Source: Chlorokybus atmophyticus (Eukaryota; Plantae; Mesostigma and Chlorokybus algae). Taken from it: a stretch of DNA of 64,000 nucleotides. Shown one piece after another: positions 51,101 through 61,316 of this stretch (within the stretch, counting starts at the first letter, position 1; every line of letters starts with the position of its first letter). The position numbers were made by a program, and so were the translations under genes. The notes beneath the pieces are model-generated. The model did not search any database. It worked only from the letters and a program-made list of their open reading frames with translations, and was not told where the DNA came from. The DNA lies in assembly GCA_009103225.1 (NCBI GenBank), contig RHPI01001715.1, positions 373,819 to 437,818 of the forward strand. Reading direction: 5' to 3'.

Positions 51101-51734
51101 TTGGCGATCACGGCTGCAATGATGCACAGACACTTGAACCGTCGATAGCGTGTGCGTGGGGTGACTGTTGCTGCAGTCCCCTTTAGTGGTGTCGAGCGCA
51201 GTGCGGCAAGCACCCCTCGACCGGCTGGGGCTTGAGAACCTCTTGCGGCCTGGCCCAAACCGTCCTTGTCTTGGCTGTTGGTATACCCGCTGCGGCCTGG
51301 GTGCCGGCGGTGCTGCATGTGGCTGCCCTGCTTGTGGCGCAGGGGGGTTGCGCCTCGGTGTGTCCAGGGTCATACCTAGTGGCATAGCCAATAGCTGTGG
51401 GAGAAACCCTGGAGGACCGAGTGTTTGTGGGCGCGCCTGTCATGCAGCCTGTTCTTCCTCATAAGTCCAGCGTACATCATGAGCCGCCTCCCTGACCAGT
51501 GTACCTTCCCATGTGGCTGTTGGGTTGTTGACCACGTCACTCCTCAGCAATTCTGAGGCATGGGCTGGAGGTACACTGCGCGCAAGAGCCGCGCTCTTAT
51601 GTCGTGGGTGATGGTGGGAACCCTTAGGATCCCTGCCATGTAGGCATCCCATTTGCCATTGACCACCCCCACTGTTGAAGAAGCTAGCAAGACATGTAGC
51701 TAAGGCTGATGCTGGACATGCACACACACAACTC

Positions 51735-52095
51735 TACAGCCGCGAGAGCATACACAAGAGCAACACTTTCACTTGATTACAACTCAAGCACGGGCTTTTA
51801 TACCCGCTGCAGATACACCTGTCTACTCTAGAAGCAACTGTGTACGCTACACGTTACCTAGCATCATGAACTTAAGTGCATGACGTAGCTAACTTCAAGA
51901 CCTTTCGAACAAGCTAAGCCACGCGCCAATCGGTGTAGTAACCACCGAGTTATGCGTGTTCTTCTACGCGCCTGGAAGTCGCGCCTGGAACCTTCTCTTC
52001 GACTGGAGTCTCCGCCTAGAACCTTCTTGAATGGAGTCCGCGCCTGGAACCTTCTGGCGGCCAAACCTTCGGAGTTGACGCCTATGCCTGTATGA
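51735..52095 (-). repeat. LTR-like segment with internal cgcgcctggaaccttct repeats
   Basis: Non-coding block upstream of the gag/pol remnant; minus-strand TATA-like ggtataaaag; about four copies of a ~17-bp motif at 51967-52055; patchy similarity to 55490-55805. Confidence 0.55.
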
Positions 52096-52099
52096 AGGT

Positions 52100-55000
52100 C
52101 AAGGCTGACCGGATATAGAAATATCCTCAACACCCACTTCTAGCACCGTTGTTGCTCGTGCACGTATAGTGTGGTAAATCTCTAGCTGTTTGACGTGCTG
52201 CTTAAAAGCAGCCGCGATGCGTCTGCGCTGTCGCGCTGCTTCCACTCCTGACAACCTCAACATGGCCTCTCGAGCTCCTTTGAAGGTGTCCATGGCTGCC
52301 GAGGCAACCTCGTCATAGGCTTGCCGTAACGAGCAAAGGAAGACGCTCAACCAGGACGACTTGGTGCCAAATGCGAACAAAGGGACTGCGGGGTGATTGG
52401 TGACTAGCCAAGTTACTAATCTCGCTCTCGCGCTGCATTGCCACCTTCTCGCATCCCCAACATCCGTCTCAGGCCTATGCCTTCTTGTCGATGTAGCATG
52501 GTTGCTTGTCGCAACAAGGTAGTGCGAATTTGCTGTTCTCCCACTGAGCCTGCTCCATCCCATTGTGTACACCCTTGTGGTGTAAGGTAGCCTCTTTGAG
52601 AATCTCGTTGTTCGTCAGGCAAGTCTTCCACTAAGGCGGGTAGCAGCGGGGCGATCACCCCCCTGGTTTGTTGGGCCAGCGCCCTCACCTGGTTAATGTC
52701 GGGCTCAACGGCGAGAGGCGTCGAGCTGGACGATGGGCCAGCGATTGTCGGTTGAGGAACGGAAGCGCGAGCAGCAGCAAGGGCTTGCGTTCTTGCGTTG
52801 ATGGTTGCAGTTTGGTCCTGCCGCCAGTTGAACGCTTGTTTAAGAGCGGTGTAGCGCTCGTGGAGCCGATAATACAGAGGGTTCTCAGTGCTGCGTCGCT
52901 TTTTAAAGGCATATCGGCTGCATCAATGATGTGCTGCTGCACATTGGGTTGCCGGTCTCGATATGTGTCCAGCGGACTTGGCTCGAATGGCTCGCAACGG
53001 ATGTGTACGGGCTGGCGTGGCGCGGTCTGCATGTTGTTGTGCAGAGTTCAGCCAGCTGCAGGGCCAACTCCAGCACAACAACTATTCTGACCACAAAGAC
53101 GCGTTCTCGCATGGGAGGCGCCATGCCGGCGAGGATTTCATTCTCCAGTTGCCGCTGAGTCTGCTCTGCCAGGGTGTGCTATTCAAGCAGCGGGATCACT
53201 GCGTTTAACGCGCGTGGTGTGCTCTCCTCCTCGGCCAAAAGCAGCATCGTAGTGGGATTTGCTCCACGCATGATGGTCTCCCATGCGCGCTCAGCTTGCT
53301 GACCTCGCGGGACAGCCTGAGTGACATCGAGGACGGGCAACGTAGCTGTGCGCATTGCTGTTGTGGCAGCAAACTCAACAATGGCACTGGCAGTGGTTGC
53401 GATAGTGCCGCTCTCCGCGAGAGTGGTCTCAATGCAAACACAAGTGGTCCTATAGCTGGCGGAGCGAGACCGATGCGGTCGACTGCTGCAGAGTCGGTGA
53501 CAGCAGTGGCTGTCGCCATCGTGCTCACCCATGTTGGCGTCACGGTGCCCACTGATATACCAACTTCTGGTGCAACTGGAGTAGTTGCTGCTGATGCTGA
53601 CGGAGTTGTTGACGCAGCCGGTGTGGCTGTTGCTGCTGATGCAGCACCATTGGTGGCTTCAGAGAAGGTAGCTGCTGACGATGTTGCGGCTTCCCCTCGT
53701 GCTCGTCGGGATGGTTAAACGCGCAACGGAGTGCTCATGTCTCTCGTGCGCTCCGGAGCCATCAGTGCCCATTGGGCAGAGTAGCAGGCGCGGTAGTCCT
53801 GCTCCTTGTCTTCCTCCAAGCGTGCCATACGCGCCATGAGAGCAGTAATATGGTCACCAGCTGGCGGGTTGGCTAGAGCCTTGGCGGCAACAGCAGCAGC
53901 ACGCGGACGTCTTTCCAGTCCCCTGCGCTGAGGAGAACAATTCTTCCCCCTGTAGCCTCGTTCTTCTTTACGGGCGTTGGCGCAGTTGTTGTTGTTGTTA
54001 TGGCCTCCAGTGTGGTTACTATGGTAGCCACCAGAGTTGTTGCCGTTGTGGCCTCCAGTGTTGTTGCTGTTGTAGCCACCAGTGCTAATGCCGTTGTGGC
54101 CTCCAGTGTTGCTGCTGTTGTAGCTACTAGAGTAGTTATTGCTGTAGCTGTTGGCAGGTCTCAACTCAGGGAACTTGAGCCAACAGACTGACTCCAAGTG
54201 ACCCGTCTTGTGATAGTGGTCGCAGACCTGGGTTGAGTACTCTTCGGTGCACTCCTTTTTGTAGTGTCAAAGCCGTCCACAACGATAACACAGCACAGGG
54301 GCAGGCAAAGTAGTATAAGCTGAGCGTTTCCCTTTATCGCGTGCTGGTGGAGCATCCCGGCAACGTTCGCGGCGAGGAGGCTCAGTAGTTGTGCTGGCTA
54401 TAGGCCGTGAGGCATTGCGGTTGATGTCCAGCACTGCCTTCTCACACACCAAGCGCTTGTCAATGGCTTGTGCAATCTCAAAAGCTTCCTTGTGCGTACA
54501 GCCAAGGGGCCTGAGGCTGCTGTGGTTTGGGGGCAGGCGCGTCAACTCGCTCAGGGTTGCATCCAACTTATTGACCACTGCAGCAGCCTCGTCACAGATC
54601 TTGTAGTCGATTTCCTTCAACGGCCCTTCCAGTCTGGAGTACAGGTGTAGAGGGTCCTCGGTGAACTTGCATCAAAATCGTCTCAGCTCCTCCACTTTGC
54701 CGGTGGTCTGAGGTGGGAAGGTGTGACGAAGTGCAGCGTATAGAGACTTGAGTAGAGAGTCGGAGATAAGATGGCAGCACCTACGGTAATGGCTGGTGCG
54801 CGCAGTGCAATTGACGTAAGGGTGAAAGCACTGCCTCCCGCACGAGAGCCAGGTGTTGCCAGAGGTAGAGGTGTGCCCACCTCAACGGCTGCAGCTCGTT
54901 GCTCTTTAAGGATAGCAGCAGATTGGTCCAGGATCCGATCCCGTCGTGGTCTCATTCTCTGCAGGGGTCAGGTTGACGATCACCAACTCAAACTCCTCCT

Positions 55001-55805
55001 CCTCTGCCCTGTCGATGGCTGCAGCGATAGACAAGCCGGTGACTGCAACGGGAGTGGCAGGCGGAAAGACGGCTGCTGGACTGTGCAATAACGCAGATGC
55101 TACAGTGCTGGCGAGCTCCTTATAGCCATCAACTCGATGCAATCAGCAACAGACTTCCAGACATCGTGTGCTTCATGGTCCAGATACTGAGCAGCAATGT
55201 GGAAAGAAATCTCATCTGACCAGTCTTTGTTCTTCTGAAGTTGCTGTCGCATCTTTAAATAAAACTTGATGATAAACTCGTCTAGTAAGGTAGTGCCAGC
55301 GCGTCCGGAGAAGCGCAGGGATGTGGTTGAGCTAAAAACCTCCATCTCGTAGTCGTCACTGTCGGACGATAGTGGGGAAGCTCGATGGTGAGGAGTAGAT
55401 TGGAACAAAGTGAAGCCGGAGACAAAACGCGAGCCTTGCTGAAGGACTAGCATGCACATGTAGTTGAGGCAAGCATAGACACACATAGACAGAGCTACCG
55501 CCACCTGAGCATACACAAGTCACATCACATTCATCTATTACAAGTTGGCCCGCTGGTTCTTATACCAGCCAGTTACACACACGTCTACGTTTGCAAGCAC
55601 TGCGTAAGCTGTGCTTAGCCTTTTGACGCGCTCTAAGCTGCGTTGTTTTTTTTACAACCAGAGCTTTCCAACAAGCTCTCACACGCCTAGTATGAGTAAG
55701 TATACGCGGAGATACGAAGCAGTTAGTAAGGCTCCAGTCTGAAGTCCGGAGTCTGGTCCGACGACACCATCTTGCTAAGTCCGGACCTAGTGCTCGTCCT
55801 TACGA
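52100..55805 (-). mobile_element. Second decayed LTR retroelement: LTR-like region plus long gag with two CCHC knuckles, no recognisable pol
   Basis: LRFSGRAG...LDEFIIKF (gag N-terminus, ~55330), CYRCGRL*HYKKEC and CDHYHKTGHLESVC zinc knuckles (~54290-54185), Asn/Gly repeat. LTR-like 55490-55805 shares gagcatacacaag, tatacc and ctttc.aacaagct with 51735-52095. Confidence 0.7.
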
Positions 55806-56040
55806 CCTTTTACTCCTGTGTGGAGGGTCGATGCTGATCGTATGTAGGAATGACTCTCAACAAGCCTTTGCTGCTGCGATCGTTGCTCTCGTTGTTAGTC
55901 CGCTCGTAGGTGAGATTGGAGGTTGGGCTCCAGCTGCTGAGGTCACCCTCGCCTACTGGAGAGAACGGGGTGGGCCTGGTCATACAGCTAGTCCACAAGT
56001 GAAAGTGTATGCAGGGTAGAATGCTTGTGCTCTACTGTCG

Positions 56041-56563
56041 GTCTTGATGCTGCTACCACTTACCACACTAGCGTTTGTGTGCGCACTACGTGATGACAAT
56101 GATGACGAATGTAAGGAGATGTATCCCAAGGTGCAAACTACACTATCTGATGCAGAATGGGATGCATTCACTAGCATAGAGGATGACACTGTGAGTAAAC
56201 AAGCCACTACAATAGGTAGTGCTGCATACAAAGTTTCTTGCATGAGTGGATGATGTACTGCACTGTTAAGTGAGGTGAACAAGCAACTCAGAGATGCTAT
56301 GTCTTGATGCTGCTACCACTCACCACACTAGTGCTTGTGTGCGCACTATGCGATGATAGTGATAACGAATGCAGGGAGATGTATCCCAAGGTGCAGACTA
56401 CACTATCTGATGCAGAATGGGACGCACTCACTTGAGCAAAGAGGATGACACTATGAGTAAACAAGCCACTACAATAGGTAGTGCTGTATACACAGTTTCT
56501 TGCATGGATGATGTATTACACTGTTTAGTGAGGTGCATGAACAAGCAACTCAGAGGCTATGTC
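56041..56563. repeat. Diverged ~260-bp direct tandem duplication
   Basis: gtcttgatgctgctaccact...gagatgtatcccaaggtgca...aacaagcaactcagag starts at 56041 and again at 56301. Confidence 0.92.
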
Positions 56564-57742
56564 GTGACTGATGTAGCAAACACACCACCGCCAAGCTCAC
56601 AACAATGACAAGCACAACGCACAAGAGCATACACTGTGTCTCACGTGGCAAGGCAGTCCTTGACAACCAGGACAATGTGCTTCCAGTTCAAGTCGCTTTA
56701 CAAGCTCTTAAAGTCAGAGTCTCTACTCTTAGTACTCACTCACAGTGTCATCAGCGAGTTTGGTGACATGACTTCCTACTTATACATGTCAATTCATGAC
56801 TGTGCAGTGCCACGCGGGCACTAGGCCAACAATCACATCGAGACCGTATGCTACAACAGAAGTTTCCTAAGATTCGATATAGCACATGAGCTGATAGTAG
56901 ATTCCTAACTGATCAGCTACGCGCGCTTCTTATAGAGTGGTTTACAGAGTAGCTCTAGCTACATGCTACATGGAGTACGAAGTAGCAAGCAATACATTGG
57001 GGCGCGCGCGGTCCACATGCTGGTAGCCCGAGTTTGGGGCTGGATGTAGGCATGCTTGACGAGGACTGGCATGCGAGGGTATTTGGCATGACAATGCCCA
57101 AAACCCTAGCAAATGGACAGGGGACCATGCGTGCCCAGTGCCTGCTACTCGTTTAGCACTGGCGCACGTGACCTTAGGAGCGAAAGACCAGGTGAGATGT
57201 GTCGTCGTGCCCAGGCAGGATGCCAAATAATCTGATCCAGGTTGCTGCTAATATACCGCTCCAACCGTGGTCCGTGATTTGCATGAGCCAGTGCTGGACA
57301 ATGTTGAGTGCTGTTCCGAGACCATGCATGGTCTACGAGGCCCGCTTACGACCGTACCAGCACAGCATGGTCCCACTTGTGAGAACTATGATTGGTCCGT
57401 ACAGTACATGTGTTCTGTACCAGTGCTGGTCACATGCCCTGCCTCATGAGCCGCATGGCATGCGACCAGCCCGTGTCCTATTGCTCAGGCCGCGTGCAAA
57501 CTAGTGGTGTACCGATCTACAAGCCGCGGGACACGCGATCAGCCCTGGTCCGGTCATTCGGACCATACCGGCGGGCTCTGCAACCGAACCACCGGTGGTC
57601 CGATCACGCCGGACCAATCGCGGCACTGGTACGCTGAGCTGTGCCAAACACGGTTTGTGCACCGCCTTCGACTGGTCCGCACGTAACAAGCCCTGTGCAA
57701 TCTAGCAATGGATTAATGTCACCAAATGAAACTCCCTCACAT

Positions 57743-57967
57743 TTAAACCAATGAGTGCCAGTGCTTTCCTGGAGTTTTGGTCTCAGATAGCGCTCCGACT
57801 TGTGAGTAGGGGTCAGCCTCCTCCGGGTTCACAAAGTCCCACAAGCTCTCGTGCTCGAACAACCACTTCATGTGGTTGCTCCAGGTGTTGAAGTTGTCGT
57901 CTCCGAACGGCTCAATCACCACCTTGTCATAGCTGATCGTCATAGTACCACGTGTAGAAATGGGTTT
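57743..57967 (-). mobile_element. Ty1/copia gag N-terminal fragment
   Basis: VIEPFGDDNFNTWSNHMKWLFEHESLWDFV matches the copia gag N-terminal (L.G.NY..W...M..LL....LW..V) motif. Confidence 0.7.
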
Positions 57968-58428
57968 TGGCAAATCAGGTTGGATCCGCAACTTTGTAAT
58001 GGACGACGCCGGACATTATTTGCAATTTCGTAAATTTTACGGCAGATCCGTATAAATGTTATAGCTGCAGCCAAAATTTTATTGCGACTTGTCACAAATG
58101 GCAATCCGTCAACTCTGCTGACTGGGATTAAAGAGGGGCACGTGACTGGCGGCGGCAGCGGCGGCGGCAGCCTGGGTGTGGCTCTTGGCGTGATCTTTGG
58201 CGGCTGTCCTTGCGGGGTGTGGCTGGTTCCCACCCCGCGAGACTCTTCTACCCTCTGTCCTTGGGAGGCGGTGGCCCTGCCGCTCTCTTGTTGACCCGTT
58301 TTTGGTGAACGGCTGGTCAACGACCGCCTGCCGGCTCGTTGCTCGTAGTCCAGAGCTGATCGGCAAGTTTCTTCGGCCTGGTCCTCTCCCCCTCCACCCT
58401 CTCAGCCCCCTCCATCACCAGCTCAAGG

Positions 58429-61316
58429 ATGTCTGCGACTCCTATGTCTCCTGCTGGAGCTGGCTCAGCCTCGACGCCCGTGATGCCTCCATCCCCGGCC
58501 TGGCAGTCGGACGCAATGGATCAGGACGCTCGCCACCCGCTTGCGTCCCGATCCCCCACCTCCGGCACGTTTGGGGCTTATAAAAAAAGCCCCCCCTCCG
58601 CAGCTAAGTTGTTTTCCAGCTTGGTTTCCTCCTCTACCTTGGTTTCCCCTTGTGATGCGGTTGATGAGGTTGCTAGAGCAGCCGTAGACTCTAGTGCATT
58701 CACGGCTTGGCAAATTGCACTCTCCTCTGGTGCTCTTATCTTCACGTTCCCTTTTGTTAACTTCGATTCATCCACTTCTTCTGATAGCATTCGCACTAGT
58801 CGGTTGTCTTGGATAGCAACTGTGTGCTCGGATAGCGCCTCCATCCCTATGTACTCGTCTATTCACTGCCTCCCGGGGGGAGAAGTACATGTTGTTTTCT
58901 CCTCCCCCGAGGCTGCAATTGCAACTCTCGGCCGATACACTGCAGGCACCCTCCCCCTCTGGAAAGGTTCTCCTGTTCGTGCACGGCGCTAGGAGGACGA
59001 TGCGGTGGCCAAGGATTGGATCTCCTTTCCCAATGCCCCCCCCNNNNNNNNNNNNNNNNNNNNNNNNNNNNNNNNNNNNNNNNNNNNNNNNNNNNNNNNN
59101 NNNNNNNNNNNNNNNNNNNNNNNNNNNNNNNNNNNNNNNNNNNNNNNNNNNNNNNNNNNNNNNNNNNNNNNNNNNNNNNNNNNNNNNNNNNNNNNNNNNN
59201 NNNNNNNNNNNNNNNNNNNNNNNNNNNNNNNNNNNNNNNNNNNNNNNNNNNNNNNNNNNNNNNNNNNNNNNNNNNNNNNNNNNNNNNNNNNNNNNNNNNN
59301 NNNNNNNNNNNNNNNNNNNNNNNNNNNNNNNNNNNNNNNNNNNNNNNNNNNNNNNNNNNNNNNNNNNNNNNNNNNNNNNNNNNNNNNNNNNNNNNNNNNN
59401 NNNNNNNNNNNNNNNNNNNNNNNNNNNNNNNNNNNNNNNNNNNNNNNNNNNNNNNNNNNNNNNNNNNNNNNNNNNNNNNNNNNNNNNNNNNNNNNNNNNN
59501 NNNNNNNNNNNNNNNNNNNNNNNNNNNNNNNNNNNNNNNNNNNNNNNNNNNNNNNNNNNNNNNNNNNNNNNNNNNNNNNNNNNNNNNNNNNNNNNNNNNN
59601 NNNNNNNNNNNNNNNNNNNNNNNNNNNNNNNNNNNNNNNNNNNNNNNNNNNNNNNNNNNNNNNNNNNNNNNNNNNNNNNNNNNNNNNNNNNNNNNNNNNN
59701 NNNNNNNNNNNNNNNNNNNNNNNNNNNNNNNNNNNNNNNNNNNTCCGCCCTCCCTCTCTTCCGCGCCCCCTCCGCCTCCCCCCGCACCCGCCCTTCGCCC
59801 TCCTCCTGCTGCTGGCCCTGCCCCACCGCATAGCGGCGCCTTCGGCCCCGCCCCAGTAGGCCGCAAAGCTCGTGCACGCAAGCCTGCCTCTGCTCCTCAG
59901 CTGGGCCAACGCACCTTGGCCGACTTCATGCCCGCCTCCTCCTCCCAAAGCTGGTTCGCCATGGTTGAGGAGGAAGAGCGAGCTGCCTCGCCCCCTCGCT
60001 CGGAGATCGTCGCCCCCCCGGTGCTGCAGCTCGAGGAAGTCCCAGCGGCCTCTCTCCAGCCATGGCTGAGCGCGTGCTTGCAGGCCGAGGATCTGCCCCC
60101 TCCCCCAGCACCGCCCTCTGCTCTCTACATTGCGCCGTGCGTGCTCTCTCCCGCCTGCCCTGATTCGGGGGTGTTGGAAGCCTCCATCCTTTGCACGGAT
60201 GTCGGCAAATCTTCCGGCCTGCTCTTCATGAGAGCTCAGCCCCCTCTCCCTCTCTCCGCTCTCCCCCCTCGCGGCTTCCTTCGCTCGAAAGTCCGCCGCT
60301 CTTTGGAGAGGGTTAAGTTTCATCTTGACCCTGCCACGGAGGACCTGGCAGTTGACTGGAGCCTGAGTGAGGCGTAGCTGTTGGCCATGGAAGACACGGG
60401 CTCCGTGCTTTTGCTGGTGCCAGTCCGCGCCCCGGCCTCACTGCCCCGCGCCCCCATCCCTTCCTACCAGCAATAGCATACCCTTTCTCACTGGAACTCC
60501 GCCCTCCTCTCTCACCGTAAGCCGTCCTCTCTCTCCTCTGAGATTGCTGCGGTTGTGGATCGCTGGCGGCAGGCTCATCTCAGCCCGTCGACGCCCGCCC
60601 ATGATGCGACCCCCCCCTCTTCAGAGGCAGCCACCCATCGCGCAGGCCCCAAGTCGGTTGTGAAGCGCCTCTTCTCCCCCCCGCCTGCCACCTCCGCGTT
60701 GCCGGCGTCACCAGCTCCGACACACACTCGGGTGCGCCTTCTCTCACCATTCCGCCCTCCCCCGGACACCCCGGTGGCGATGGCAGTAGTTCTTCGCTGC
60801 TCGCGTGCGACGTGGTGGCTGGGTGTTCGGCGTCTCCCCTCTCCTCAGGACGGCCCCCCCTTTTCCCTTCCCTCCATCGTCCCCTCTCCCTCCCCGGGGG
60901 AAGAGGATCGGGCTCTCCTTCACGCTGCAGCCGCCCTGCTCGGTGTGTGTGGAGACGTGCAGTGGCGTTACTGGCCGGAAGCCCGACACACTCTTCCAAC
61001 CAGCTCCCCTGGCTCCTTGCTTGTCTGGTCGGTCCGCCTCCCTGGCGACCCGGACGATGCCATGGTGAATGTCTCGGCCAGCCAGCCCGCGCTTTGGTTG
61101 GACGTGGCCAAGCTTGAAGGCGTGCGGGGAGGTGCAGCCTCGCTGCTCGACGACAGGTCCTTGGCTGGCCTTCGCCTTCTTCGCGCCTCTCCCTCCCCTC
61201 TCCACGCACTCATGCCAGACTCGGACAGCTCTCTAAGGGATGTGCTGTACGACACGGCGGCACCTCGGGGGTTCTTTGACATTGCTGCCCTGCTCGGCCT
61301 GCCCACGGATGACTGA
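58429..61316 (+). pseudogene. LINE ORF1 (Pro-rich), interrupted by an assembly gap and in-frame TAG stops
   Basis: ORF 58429..58992 ends in TAG; N-gap 59044-59743. The frame after the gap continues through TAG at 60375 and 60474 to TGA at 61314-61316, directly abutting ORF2. Confidence 0.65.
59044..59743. other. Largest assembly gap (other gaps 8060-8079, 18277-18477, 29273-29469, 40035-40087)
   Basis: Runs of N, mostly flanked by poly-C/G homopolymers. Confidence 0.99.

Larger units (their letters stand above)
47600..52095 (-). mobile_element. Decayed Ty3/gypsy LTR retrotransposon: LTR-like, gag remnant, protease, C5 DNA methyltransferase, RT, (deletion), integrase C-terminal remnant
   Basis: Domain order on the minus strand as listed in the sub-features; multiple stops and frameshifts; no matching 3' LTR found. 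Confidence 0.85.

Noticed and set aside
58768-60323. Long X-containing ORFs around 18166-18794, 28842-29655, 39932-40233 and 58768-60323
   Set aside because: Their length comes from N-gaps translated as X.
58990-60476. Non-standard genetic code (TAG as Gln) to explain the LINE ORF1 stops
   Set aside because: Host LSM2 terminates with TAG at 10038-10040, and no host CDS needed TAG reassignment.
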